NCBI GenBank assembly: GCA_027858435.1
Contig: JAQICS010000038.1
Location: 1 to 55,827, forward strand
Length of the DNA stretch: 55,827 nucleotides
DNA from: Patescibacteria group bacterium
GTDB taxonomy: Bacteria > Patescibacteriota > Patescibacteriia > Patescibacteriales > UBA12465
Direction: 5' to 3'
Below are positions 13,771 to 23,651 of the stretch, one piece after another (within the stretch, counting starts at the first letter, position 1; the number at the start of each line of letters is the position of its first letter). The notes below the pieces were generated by a model. That model had not been told where the DNA came from, did not search any database, and saw nothing but the letters and a program-made list of their open reading frames with translations. The position numbers and the translations under genes were made by a program.

Positions 13771-15333
13771 TTATCCATTAAAATCCCTTAACTTATCTAA
13801 GCCCTTTAGTTTTCTGATTTTTTCTAAGGCTTTTGATTCAATTTGTCTAATTCTTTCTCTTGTTACCTCGAATTCTCTTCCTACTTCTTCTAGAGTATGA
13901 GCCACTCCATCAGTTAAACCAAAACGCATTTCCAGAATTTTTTGTTCACGTGGAGATAATTGTGAAACAATATTTTTTACATAATCTTTTAAAAGTTGAA
14001 GAGCAGCTGTTCTATCCGGTGTAACATTTTTAATATCTTCAATGAAGTCTTCAAGGGTTGAGTCTTCACCGTCATCACCAATAGTTGTTTCAAGTGAAAT
14101 TGTATCTTGAGATATTTTCATGATATATCTAACCTTCTTTACTTCTTCTCCCATTTCTGAGGCAATCTCCTCAGCCATTGGTTCTCTTCCCAGTTCTTGA
14201 ATTAAAGTTCTTTGAATTTGTTGAAATTTATTAATAGTCTCAACCATGTGAACAGGAATACGAATAGTTCTAGATTGATCAGCTAGAGCTCTAGTAATAG
14301 CTTGTCTAATCCACCAAGTAGCGTAGGTTGAAAACTTAAAGCCTTTTCTATATTCAAATTTCTCTACTGCTCTAAATAGTCCAATATTTCCTTCTTGAAT
14401 TAAATCAAGAAGAGTCATTCCTTTAGCACCAGCAAATTTCTTAGCAATTGACACAACCAGTCTTAAATTAGCTTCAATAATTTTTCTCTCTGCGTCCTTA
14501 TCTCCCTTTTCTTTACGCTTAGCAAGCTCAATTTCCTCAGGTCCTGAAAGAAGTGGTACTTTACCAATTTCTTTTAAATACATCTGAACTGAGTCTGCAC
14601 TTAATTTTGATAAATCAACACTTAAAGGTGAGACTTTAACCTTATCCTCTTCTTTCGGTTTATCATTTCCCAGTATTTTTCCTGAATCTTCAACTATGTT
14701 TACACCATTTTTCATTAAATCTCCCAAAAACTCTTCATAGTCTTCTACATATTCTTCAACTTCAGGAAATATATATAATAGTTCTGTTTCGGTTATAAAG
14801 CCACGTAGTCTGCCTTTTTCAATGATACGCTTAAGTTTCTCATCAGTGGGTTTAACAATTTCGCTTTTAATTTTAGTCGTTTTTTTAACAACCTTTGGTT
14901 CTTTCTTTTGCACTTTTTTAGTATTAGTTTTTTTAGTTTCTTTTGCAGTTTTCTTTTTAGTATCTTTTACACTTTTCTTCTTAGTATCTTTCACGCCCTT
15001 CTTCTTAACATCTTTTGTTTTATTTTTCAAAGCACTCTTAGTGCTGTTCTTTTTCTCTACCTTTTTCTCTACCTTTTTCTCTGTCTTTTTCTTCTCTGTT
15101 TTCTTTTTTTCTACTTTCTTTTCTTCTTTTTTCTTTACTGGTTTTTTAGTTGGCTTTGTGGCCTTAGTTGACTTTGTCACTTTTGTAGATTTGGCACTAG
15201 TTTTATTTTTTGCAGCACTTAATTTAGTGGCTGCCTTTTTGGTGCCTTTTTCAGTTTTATTAACTGTTTTTTTTGCCTTGTTTGTAACTGGCTTTTTAGG
15301 GCTAGTTTTTGTTGTTTTTGTTTTCTTTGGCAT
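13771..15333 (-). CDS. rpoD: RNA polymerase sigma factor RpoD with a ~170-aa Lys-rich N-terminal extension
   Basis: Regions 2-4 are recognisable ([33 protein letters not shown]). The N-terminus is K/T/E low complexity with 12-nt tandem repeats. Confidence 0.92.
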   Translation of the reverse strand: MPKKTKTTKTSPKKPVTNKAKKTVNKTEKGTKKAATKLSAAKNKTSAKSTKVTKSTKATKPTKKPVKKKEEKKVEKKKTEKKKTEKKVEKKVEKKNSTKSALKNKTKDVKKKGVKDTKKKSVKDTKKKTAKETKKTNTKKVQKKEPKVVKKTTKIKSEIVKPTDEKLKRIIEKGRLRGFITETELLYIFPEVEEYVEDYEEFLGDLMKNGVNIVEDSGKILGNDKPKEEDKVKVSPLSVDLSKLSADSVQMYLKEIGKVPLLSGPEEIELAKRKEKGDKDAERKIIEANLRLVVSIAKKFAGAKGMTLLDLIQEGNIGLFRAVEKFEYRKGFKFSTYATWWIRQAITRALADQSRTIRIPVHMVETINKFQQIQRTLIQELGREPMAEEIASEMGEEVKKVRYIMKISQDTISLETTIGDDGEDSTLEDFIEDIKNVTPDRTAALQLLKDYVKNIVSQLSPREQKILEMRFGLTDGVAHTLEEVGREFEVTRERIRQIESKALEKIRKLKGLDKLRDFNG

Positions 15334-15394
15334 ATTATTTTTGATCCATTATTTTTTTTAACTCAGACATTAGACCGTTTTCTCTATCTTTATC

Positions 15395-17242
15395 TCAGTT
15401 TTTTTCCGCTTCTTCAATTTCTTTATATATTTTTTTAGTCTGATGTTGACGATTAAATTTTTTAAGTTCGATTATAATATCCATTAACTGTTTCTTTAGA
15501 TCATTTGGATCAAGGTCATAGTATTCTTTTTCAGCTAGAAGAGATAGTTCGCGTAATATGTCTTGTGAAAAACCTTCTTTTTCTAATTCAACTTTTAAAT
15601 CTTCATACTGAAATGAACCCGATTTATTATAATGAATAATTAGGATATTGTAAAACTTTTTATATTCACTACCAATTAAAACATTTGCTTCAATATTTTT
15701 ATTTGAATATTCAATTAAACTAGATTGTTTTAAAAGAATAGATAAGAATAATTCAGTTAACTTTTCTTCTCTTGTTTTAACTTTTCTAACTTTTTCATTG
15801 TTTATTGCATTTCCCTCTTCACTGTTAAATGACGACTTATTATATCCACTTTTTGTATTGTTATAGTTTTTTTCTACCTTATTACCACCTGGATATCGGC
15901 GAAGAAATTCCTCCCTAACATCAACTTCAGCAAAATCTAAGTCTTCTGATATTTTTCTAAGCCAGAAACCTTGTTCCGTTTTATCAGAGATGTATGAAAT
16001 CATTTCAAACATTCCATCTCTAACTTTCTTTTTGTTTTCAAGTATATCTAAATCAAGTCCTTGAGATAATTTTTCAAAATTATATTCTAATACTGATTTA
16101 GCGTTTTCAATTGATTTGCTATAGTGTTCCTCAAAATCATCTTCATTTTTAGAAATCGCCATTTCAACTCCTCTGTTTAGTTCATCAGGATTGTTTTTAA
16201 GTGATTCATCTGGGTCTTTTCCAGATGGAAGAGTGATAATTTTAACTTCCATACCAGATGACAAACATTCTTTAATACCTCTGTCAGCTGCAAGTTGCCC
16301 AGCATCATCCATGTCAAATACTAAAGCTACTCTATTGCTATATCTTTTAAGAATATTAACTTGATCTTTAGTTAAAGAAGTGCCTGATGAAGCAACTACA
16401 TTTCTAATGTCATGGTTATGACAAGAAATAGCATCCATTTGTCCTTCAACCACAATAGCACTGTCTAAATCTTTTATATCTCCTTTAGCCTTATCAAGTG
16501 CAAACAACAAGCGACTCTTATCATACAGCTCAGTTTGGGGACTATTAATATATTTTCCCATTTTGCTGTCCGCTTCTTTTTCTGGACTAATTCTAGCGGT
16601 AAAGGCCACTACCTTTCCATTTGTATTGTTAATGGGAAACATTATCCTGTCTCTAAATCTGTCATAATACCTACTTGATGAACCTTCTTTTTTAGAAAGA
16701 AGTCCAGCAGCAAATATTTCCTCATCAGTGTATTTTTGACCTTGAAGTGGTCTTGCTTTTAAAAAGTTATGTAAAGAGTTCCAAGAATCAGGGCTATATC
16801 CCAAGCGCCAATACTTAATTTCATCATCACTTAATCCTCTTTTATGTAAATAATTTCTTGCCTTTTCACCAATATTACTCTTTAGACAATGCTCAAAGTA
16901 TTTAGTAGAAAGCTCTAGTATATCAAGTAGTCGATTTCTTTTGTTATATGTCTCTTTGTTTTCATATTCGAGCACAATTCCCGCCTTATCTGCTAAATAT
17001 CTTTTAGCTTCAGGAAAACTCATGCCGTCTCTTTCCATAATGAAAGAAAAGATGTCACCACCTTTTCCGCAACCAAAACAATGCCAGATTTGCTTATCTG
17101 GAGATACGACAAAAGAAGGCGTCTTTTCATTATGAAAAGGACAAGGCGCCTGAAAATTAGCTCCCACTGCTTTAAGGGGGACATATTCACGAATTACCTC
17201 AACCACATCCAGCTTATTTTTTATATCATCTATTTGAGACAT
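15395..17242 (-). CDS. dnaG: DNA primase
   Basis: Zinc finger CPFHNEKTPSF...CFGCG, Toprim EGQMD...DMDDAG, 615 aa, directly upstream of rpoD. Confidence 0.92.
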   Translation of the reverse strand: MSQIDDIKNKLDVVEVIREYVPLKAVGANFQAPCPFHNEKTPSFVVSPDKQIWHCFGCGKGGDIFSFIMERDGMSFPEAKRYLADKAGIVLEYENKETYNKRNRLLDILELSTKYFEHCLKSNIGEKARNYLHKRGLSDDEIKYWRLGYSPDSWNSLHNFLKARPLQGQKYTDEEIFAAGLLSKKEGSSSRYYDRFRDRIMFPINNTNGKVVAFTARISPEKEADSKMGKYINSPQTELYDKSRLLFALDKAKGDIKDLDSAIVVEGQMDAISCHNHDIRNVVASSGTSLTKDQVNILKRYSNRVALVFDMDDAGQLAADRGIKECLSSGMEVKIITLPSGKDPDESLKNNPDELNRGVEMAISKNEDDFEEHYSKSIENAKSVLEYNFEKLSQGLDLDILENKKKVRDGMFEMISYISDKTEQGFWLRKISEDLDFAEVDVREEFLRRYPGGNKVEKNYNNTKSGYNKSSFNSEEGNAINNEKVRKVKTREEKLTELFLSILLKQSSLIEYSNKNIEANVLIGSEYKKFYNILIIHYNKSGSFQYEDLKVELEKEGFSQDILRELSLLAEKEYYDLDPNDLKKQLMDIIIELKKFNRQHQTKKIYKEIEEAEKN

Positions 17243-17309
17243 TTCCTTTATATTATATATTTAATTGCTAAAAATAGCAAAAAATTTAAATTGTTACCAC
17301 TTCTTTTTT

Positions 17310-17639
17310 TTAAGCAAAGAGCTCTGGTAAGAGGAGTGATTTAAGTCTTAAAACCTCTCTTTCAACCACTTCACCATCATATTCGGCGTTATGTCTATTT
17401 ACCCCCTTATACCCTGGTTTCTTTTGATCAAGGTGGAGATTAAATACTATATATTTATTTCCCTCCTTATCCTGCTTTATTTTAAAATATATATGAAAAC
17501 GGGGATAGAAATCACGACTAAAACGCCTAGAAAAACTAACAACGCCTTCTTGATTAGCTGGTAGCATGGCGTAACCGACTCTTCTAAGCCAAGTTTCGGG
17601 ATTATCTCCTAATCTTTCTAATCTTGCAATAACTTTCAT
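17310..17639 (-). CDS. hypothetical protein
   Basis: 109-aa ORF with ATG start, sitting in the operon position upstream of dnaG. It is not S21-like. Confidence 0.5.
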   Translation of the reverse strand: MKVIARLERLGDNPETWLRRVGYAMLPANQEGVVSFSRRFSRDFYPRFHIYFKIKQDKEGNKYIVFNLHLDQKKPGYKGVNRHNAEYDGEVVEREVLRLKSLLLPELFA

Positions 17640-17642
17640 AAA

Positions 17643-18521
17643 TTATTTAAAATATTTATCTCTTACAATTTTTGATAGCTCTAGACTTTCACTAAAGCGA
17701 CTATTTTTAGTCTCACTGTTTAAAACAACAACTACTACTTCATCATCAGCTACTTTAAAATTTCCCACAAAAGAGTAACCAGCTTCTTCAATATATCCCG
17801 TTTTACCACCTAAGTAGTTGGGACTGGTTTCAAACAAAGAGTAATCAGTTGATGTTATCTTTTTTTCACGTCCTTGTAAAGTCTCAAAGCTATATTCAGA
17901 CCTTGATATTGCCTCTCTTATCTCCTCTATTTGCCAGGCCTTGTTAAATAGAATAACTACTTCATTAGCAGTTGAAACATTCCCCTTATTAAGTCCAGTG
18001 GGGTCAATGAAATTAGTATTTATCATCCCTAAGTCTCTAGCTTTTCTATTCATTAACTTAACAAACTCGGATACCTCATATCCACCTGCTTTAGCTAATA
18101 TAGCCGCTGCCTCATTATCAGACCCAACCAGTGCAGTATTTAATACGTCTTTTAATTTAATTTCTTCACCGATAAAGAAATGTCTTTTTCCTCCATCAAT
18201 TGTATCATCTTCTTTTATGGTATATGTCTGATTTAAATCAAGATCTTTATCTAAAAAAACAAGAGCAGTCATTAGCTTAGTGATACTGGCAATTGGCTGT
18301 ACTTCATTTTCTGATCTGGAAAAATAGTTAATTCCCCTATCACTTTCTACCATTATCTTTTTCGCACTTATATTTAAAGCAGTGCTGCTTTCAATTTTAG
18401 TATAAACTGGTAGTGAGTTAATATTTGAATAATTAATATTAATATTTTCAGAAAAAGGAGCTTGACTTAAAAACAAGCTCACAGAAATTATGATTTTAAA
18501 AATTATACTTAATACTCCCAT
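17643..18521 (-). CDS. D-alanyl-D-alanine carboxypeptidase (serine peptidase S11 / PBP5-like)
   Basis: SxxK (ASITKLMT), SxN (GSDNEAA) and KTG (GKTGYI) motifs in the canonical order, with an N-terminal signal/anchor. Confidence 0.8.
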   Translation of the reverse strand: MGVLSIIFKIIISVSLFLSQAPFSENININYSNINSLPVYTKIESSTALNISAKKIMVESDRGINYFSRSENEVQPIASITKLMTALVFLDKDLDLNQTYTIKEDDTIDGGKRHFFIGEEIKLKDVLNTALVGSDNEAAAILAKAGGYEVSEFVKLMNRKARDLGMINTNFIDPTGLNKGNVSTANEVVILFNKAWQIEEIREAISRSEYSFETLQGREKKITSTDYSLFETSPNYLGGKTGYIEEAGYSFVGNFKVADDEVVVVVLNSETKNSRFSESLELSKIVRDKYFK

Positions 18522-18525
18522 TTAT

Positions 18526-19083
18526 TTAGCTATTACCTTCTTCTTTATTTACAGTATTTAAAAACTCACTAACTAAATCTGATTTATTTAACTCAAGATA
18601 ATCAGGTAGTTTCTCAATTGAATCAAGACCTAGGAATCGAACAAAGTCATGTGAAACAGAATAATAGTTTTCTTGTTTTTTCTTATCAAAACTTTCTTCA
18701 ATTAAACCTCTAATTAAAAGATTTCTTAGAATTAAACTACAGTTAACTCCTCTAATTCTTTCAATTTCTAATTTAGAAATTGGTCCTCTATAGGCGATGA
18801 TGGTTAAAGCTTCTAAGCTTGGCTGAGATAGTTCTCCGCTTGACTCATCCTTTAAGAATTCTTTTACAATTTGGGCATTTTCCGGATTACTACTTAATTG
18901 ATACTTCTTATTATTTTCAACTATAGTTAAACCTGCTTTTCTTTCCTTGTACTCATTGTTTAATTCTTCAATCACCTCTTTTATTTCATTGTCTTTTTTA
19001 TTCAATGTACTGCCCAATTCCCTTAGAGATAGGGCTTTAATTGAGACAAATAAAAGTGATTCAATTTGTGATTTAAGTTCCAT
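18526..19083 (-). CDS. scpB: segregation and condensation protein B
   Basis: IESLLFVS..ALSLRELG...EALTIIAYRGPISKLEIERIRGVN winged-helix pattern, adjacent to scpA. Confidence 0.8.
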   Translation of the reverse strand: MELKSQIESLLFVSIKALSLRELGSTLNKKDNEIKEVIEELNNEYKERKAGLTIVENNKKYQLSSNPENAQIVKEFLKDESSGELSQPSLEALTIIAYRGPISKLEIERIRGVNCSLILRNLLIRGLIEESFDKKKQENYYSVSHDFVRFLGLDSIEKLPDYLELNKSDLVSEFLNTVNKEEGNS

Positions 19084-19087
19084 ATAT

Positions 19088-19828
19088 TTATTCTTCTTTG
19101 TTAAAACTATTTATTAATATATCGCTAAAGAGTTCATCTTGTTCAAAATATAACTCTTTTTGCTTAGCCAACTCTAGTACGGCTAGAAATCCAACAATTA
19201 CTTCAGTTTTAGATTTTGATTCATTTAAAAATTTAGAAAAACTCAGCTTAATTTTTTTACCAAGCAGTTTTCTAATGCTATCTATTTTCTCATCAATACT
19301 AACTTTGGGCTCCAAAGTTTCACTTGAGAGCTCAACTTCCCTTCTTTTTTCTAGTTCACTATCAAGCACTTCAAGAAGAGATTTATAGCAATCCTTTAAA
19401 TCATCAGCTTTTAATTTTTTTGGTGGCCTAAAGGCAGCTATTGTTTTGTTAGCCCGATTATTTTTTGAAAGAGGAGGGATAAAAGATCTACTATCTTTTA
19501 AAAGTAGTTCTTTTATTTTCAAACTAGCTGTTACAAACTCCTTATACATCTTAAGTTGCTTCTCAAGGTCTTTAGCGTCATCTTCTTCATCATCATGATA
19601 TAGATACGGAAGAAGAGCTTTAGATTTGATATAGAGCAATTTAGCCGCTATTAGCAAGAAGTCAGCTGTTTCCTCTGGTTCAATTTCATCACTGTTTTTG
19701 ACATAGTTAACATAGTCATCAGCAATTTTTGCCAGTGACACTTCAGTTATATCTAACTCCTCGCTTTGAATTAAGCTAAGAAGTAGTCCTAAAGGACCAG
19801 AAAATTGTTCTATTTTTATCTCTGTCAT
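19088..19828 (-). CDS. scpA: segregation and condensation protein A
   Basis: FSGPLGLLLSLIQSEELDITEVSLAKIADDY N-terminus and a C-terminal VIVGFLAVLELAKQKEL block. Confidence 0.8.
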   Translation of the reverse strand: MTEIKIEQFSGPLGLLLSLIQSEELDITEVSLAKIADDYVNYVKNSDEIEPEETADFLLIAAKLLYIKSKALLPYLYHDDEEDDAKDLEKQLKMYKEFVTASLKIKELLLKDSRSFIPPLSKNNRANKTIAAFRPPKKLKADDLKDCYKSLLEVLDSELEKRREVELSSETLEPKVSIDEKIDSIRKLLGKKIKLSFSKFLNESKSKTEVIVGFLAVLELAKQKELYFEQDELFSDILINSFNKEE

Positions 19829-19830
19829 AA

Positions 19831-20766
19831 CTATATTCTAGCTTTTATATTGTTATCATTAAGCCACAATTCTCCCTCAATACAATCATAACCAGATTCA
19901 TGAACAACACGATTGTTGTAATTATTTCTTATTTCAATTGGTCTTCCCTTTATATCCTTATCACTAGCTAACATGAATTCTGTACAGAACTCAAATTCAT
20001 TTTCAGATAGAATATTGAATTCAATTTCTTCTCTAGTTTCAGGATTAATAAATATATCTTCATCGTAATAATTTAAATCCTTTATATCAGTTAACTCTTT
20101 AGGTAATTCTCCATTTTCTTGGTAATAATTGTTAACTAAAGATTCAAGAGAAGTGATATTGTTAACGATCGAATTATCAAGGTTTCGCATACGGGTCTCA
20201 CGTGGTGATTCGATATAGAACCAAGAGGAGATAAAAGCAGATAATATAACAATTAAGGAAATTAGTAAAAAGAAAGTTCTTGTCTTGTTTTTTCCTTTTC
20301 CCTTCTTTTCCTCATCTTGTTTTATGTCATAAAAATAATAAGAGAAAACTAATGCAGAGATAATAAATACAGTAATTGATTTAAGAATAAACTTAGTACT
20401 TAAACCACCTGATAAAAAAGAATTGATTATTGCTACAAACACTCCCAAGATTATTACCGCGGAAATTAAAATAATTAAATAAGTAAGCCAACGTCTAATT
20501 TGTGAATCATAATCAAGTTCTTTCTTCTTTAAACCTTTTAGTATTTGTCTGAGGCTTAAAAAATACACTGGAGCAGAAATTAAAATTGCTGAAATCGCAA
20601 ACTTAAAACTATCAGTGTTTCGATAATATGAACGAGATAGTGGGTCAAAGACTGAAAGATCAATAATACCAAAAACTATAATACCAACTGATATTCCTAA
20701 AAAAATTAAAGAAATTAATGAGAGGAGGTATAAAAAAGCATACTTAGCTCCATATTTATTATTCAT
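19831..20766 (-). CDS. multi-pass membrane protein with an extracytoplasmic C-terminal domain
   Basis: 311 aa with about 5-6 hydrophobic helices followed by a soluble ~120-aa tail. The function is not recognised. Confidence 0.55.
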   Translation of the reverse strand: MNNKYGAKYAFLYLLSLISLIFLGISVGIIVFGIIDLSVFDPLSRSYYRNTDSFKFAISAILISAPVYFLSLRQILKGLKKKELDYDSQIRRWLTYLIILISAVIILGVFVAIINSFLSGGLSTKFILKSITVFIISALVFSYYFYDIKQDEEKKGKGKNKTRTFFLLISLIVILSAFISSWFYIESPRETRMRNLDNSIVNNITSLESLVNNYYQENGELPKELTDIKDLNYYDEDIFINPETREEIEFNILSENEFEFCTEFMLASDKDIKGRPIEIRNNYNNRVVHESGYDCIEGELWLNDNNIKARI

Positions 20767-20782
20767 ATTTTTATATTATTAT

Positions 20783-22174
20783 TTAAAACTTGGCATTTTT
20801 AGGGGTACGAGGAAATGGAATCACATCTCTAATGTTTGTCATACCAGAGATATACATAATTAGTCTTTCAAAACCTAGACCAAATCCAGCATGTGGCACT
20901 GAGCCATATTTTCTAAGGTCTAAATACCAAGAATAATCTTCTTCTTTTAAATCCATTTCTTTCATTCTTTTCTTTAATACTTCAATATCATCTTCTCTTT
21001 GACTACCACCAATTATCTCACCAATACCGGGAACTAGTAGATCCATAGCCGCCACTGTTTTATCATCTTCATTAAGCTTCATGTAGAAAGCCTTAATATC
21101 TTTAGGATAATCAATAACAAAGACTGGCTTTTTATAAACCTCATCAGTTAAATATCTTTCGTGCTCAGTTTGTAAATCAATTCCCCATTTAACTGGATAA
21201 TCAAACTTCTTGCCTGATTCAATAAGTATTTCAACCGCTTTAGTGTAACTAATTCTAGCAAATTCATTGCTAACTATATTTTCTAGTCTGTCTTTAATAC
21301 CAGCGTCAATGAATTTATTAAAAAATTCCATCTCTTCTGGCAATTCTTCTAAAACATAATTGATTAAATACTTAATCATTTCCTCAGCTAAGTCCATATC
21401 ATCATTTAAATCAACAAAAGCCATTTCTGGTTCCATCATCCAGAACTCTGAAGCATGACGAGTAGTATTAGAGTTCTCCGCTCTAAAAGTTGGACCAAAG
21501 GTATAAACCTTGTTAAGTCCCATAACTAAAGCTTCAGCATTTAATTGACCAGACACAGTTAGCCCGGCTGATTGTCCAAAGAAATCTTGCTTAAAATCAA
21601 TCCCTCCATCTTCTTTTTTAGGGATATTGTTTAAATCAAGAGTGGTAGCCTGAAACATTTCGCCAGCCCCTTCACAATCACTGGTTGAAATAATTGGTGT
21701 GTGAACATAGGAAAATCCTTCTTCATGAAAGAATTTATGAATTGCATAACTTAAAACTGATCTTAATCTAAAAACAGCCGAAAAAGTATTACTTCGTCCA
21801 CGTAAATGAGCAATGGTTCGTAAAAATTCAAAACTATGTCTTTTTTTCTGTAAAGGATAATCTGAATCAGCTAAGCCAATTACTTTTACTGATTTGGCTT
21901 TAAGTTCAAATTTTTGACCATTAGCTGGTGATTCAACTAAAGTTCCAATTACTTCAAGAGAGGAGCCGATACCGACAGTCTCTAAATCAGAAAAATTTTC
22001 AAGCTCTTTATCAATTACAATTTGTAATCCTTTAAAAAAACTTCCATCATTTACTTCGATAAAACCTAAGTCTTTAGAAAAGCGACTAGTTCTTATCCAA
22101 GCAGAAACTGATATTTCTTCATTTAAATATTTATCTCCACTTCTATTTATTTCTTTAATTAATATTTTTTTCAT
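20783..22174 (-). CDS. asnS: asparagine--tRNA ligase
   Basis: [24 protein letters not shown] and the GFGLGFERL class IIb motifs. The start is trimmed to the ATG at 22172-22174 (the ORF track starts at a TTG at 22180). Confidence 0.85.
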   Translation of the reverse strand: MKKILIKEINRSGDKYLNEEISVSAWIRTSRFSKDLGFIEVNDGSFFKGLQIVIDKELENFSDLETVGIGSSLEVIGTLVESPANGQKFELKAKSVKVIGLADSDYPLQKKRHSFEFLRTIAHLRGRSNTFSAVFRLRSVLSYAIHKFFHEEGFSYVHTPIISTSDCEGAGEMFQATTLDLNNIPKKEDGGIDFKQDFFGQSAGLTVSGQLNAEALVMGLNKVYTFGPTFRAENSNTTRHASEFWMMEPEMAFVDLNDDMDLAEEMIKYLINYVLEELPEEMEFFNKFIDAGIKDRLENIVSNEFARISYTKAVEILIESGKKFDYPVKWGIDLQTEHERYLTDEVYKKPVFVIDYPKDIKAFYMKLNEDDKTVAAMDLLVPGIGEIIGGSQREDDIEVLKKRMKEMDLKEEDYSWYLDLRKYGSVPHAGFGLGFERLIMYISGMTNIRDVIPFPRTPKNAKF

Positions 22175-22193
22175 AAACAAACAATTATTTTTC

Positions 22194-23501
22194 TTAAGGT
22201 CTTAATCTTTTTACATCACGAGGAAGAAAACAGGCTTCTTTAATATTTGATAATCCTAACATTTTCATAATAATACGAGCTGGCCCTATTCCAACTCCGC
22301 TATGACCGGGGCAACCGTATCTAAAGAAATTAATATAATCTTGAAGTTCTTCAATATCCATTTCTTTTTCCTTAGCTTGTCTTTCAAGATAATCAACTCG
22401 GTGTTCTCTTTCGGCTCCAGTGGTAATTTCAAGACCTCGATATATTAAATCAAAACTTTTAGTTAACTCAGGATTATCTTCGTGTCTCATGTGATAGAAT
22501 GGTCTAGCTTCAATTGGATAATCATAGACAAAAACAAAATCATGACCATTTTCTTCTTTAATAATTTCACCCAATATTCTTTCTTCTTCAGTTGAAAAAT
22601 CAAAGTCCTTTTCACTCTTTACTCCTTTAGCTGCTAATTTTTCTTTAGCTTCTTTTAGGGTAATTTTTGGAAATGGTTTAGTTGGCACTTCAATATCAAG
22701 ATTAAGATCTTCTTTTACCTTCTTAAAACCAGCGATTAAAGCATCTTCCTCAACTTCCATTATTTGATTATAGTCAATATATGATATTTCCATATCCCAG
22801 CCGGTAAACTCTGTTACATGACGAGTAGTATATGATGGCTCGGCTCTAAATACTGGACCACAGATAAAAATCTTTTCAAGTCCTGAGGCCATAGCAGCTT
22901 GTTTAAAAAATTGTGGGGATTGAGAAAGATAGGCCTTTCTTTCAAAATACTTTACCTCAAACACTTCTGATCCAGACTCACTAGCTGTATTCATTAAACT
23001 TGGGGTGTAAAGTTGAATAAAATCATTATCCTCCCAATATCTTCTAAAACCTTGTTCTAATTTAGTCCAAGTTTTAAAGATTAATTGATGTTCTTTTTGT
23101 CTTAAATCCAGCCATCTCCAGTCAAAACGATTTTCAATATTAGCTTCGTTATCAATCTTGTTTAATACAGGAATTGGTAGGTTTTCATCAGCCAATGAAA
23201 TTAATTTTCCATTTTTAGCTAAAAGCTCAAAATCTTTAACCGGGTTTTCTACATTTTTCTTAGCTGGTTTTTCTTGAAGACTTCCTGTTACTTCAATTAC
23301 ACTTTCAAGATGAAGTTTTTCTGCTAAAGAAAAAGCTTCACTTGCTTCTTTTTCCATAATTACAACTTGCATGGAATCAGAAATATCAACTAAATCAATG
23401 AAAGCTAAACCTTTATGTAATCGTAAATTTCGAACAAAGCCAGCTATGGTAACTTCCCCATTTTCTTGTTTTTTGGCTTCTTTGATAAGTATTCTTGACA
23501 T
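22194..23501 (-). CDS. aspS: aspartate--tRNA ligase, short (archaeal/eukaryal-type) form
   Basis: 435 aa with [24 protein letters not shown] and GVGIGPARI motifs. It lacks the bacterial insertion domain. Confidence 0.8.
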   Translation of the reverse strand: MSRILIKEAKKQENGEVTIAGFVRNLRLHKGLAFIDLVDISDSMQVVIMEKEASEAFSLAEKLHLESVIEVTGSLQEKPAKKNVENPVKDFELLAKNGKLISLADENLPIPVLNKIDNEANIENRFDWRWLDLRQKEHQLIFKTWTKLEQGFRRYWEDNDFIQLYTPSLMNTASESGSEVFEVKYFERKAYLSQSPQFFKQAAMASGLEKIFICGPVFRAEPSYTTRHVTEFTGWDMEISYIDYNQIMEVEEDALIAGFKKVKEDLNLDIEVPTKPFPKITLKEAKEKLAAKGVKSEKDFDFSTEEERILGEIIKEENGHDFVFVYDYPIEARPFYHMRHEDNPELTKSFDLIYRGLEITTGAEREHRVDYLERQAKEKEMDIEELQDYINFFRYGCPGHSGVGIGPARIIMKMLGLSNIKEACFLPRDVKRLRP

Positions 23502-23549
23502 AAATATAATATTTAAGTTTATTATTAAAATAATTACTAATACTTCATT

Positions 23550-23578
23550 AATATAGCTTAAATATTGATTTTTATCAA
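23550..23578 (-). promoter_or_regulatory. candidate promoter of aspS-asnS (TTGATA, 17 nt, TATATT)
   Basis: Reverse complement of tatcaa (23573-23578) and aatata (23550-23555). Confidence 0.3.
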
Positions 23579-23651
23579 GGATAACAAAGTCCGCAATTAG
23601 CTAAAAGCCCATGATATACATAAGGCTTTATAGTTATTCTTTTTAATAAAA

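Noticed and set aside
14822-15361. Plus-strand ORFs of 179 and 87 aa (F/L/S-rich) overlapping rpoD
   Set aside because: They are mirror-frame artefacts of the Lys-rich, AAG/AAA-dominated rpoD 5' region. RpoD on the minus strand has unambiguous sigma-70 motifs.
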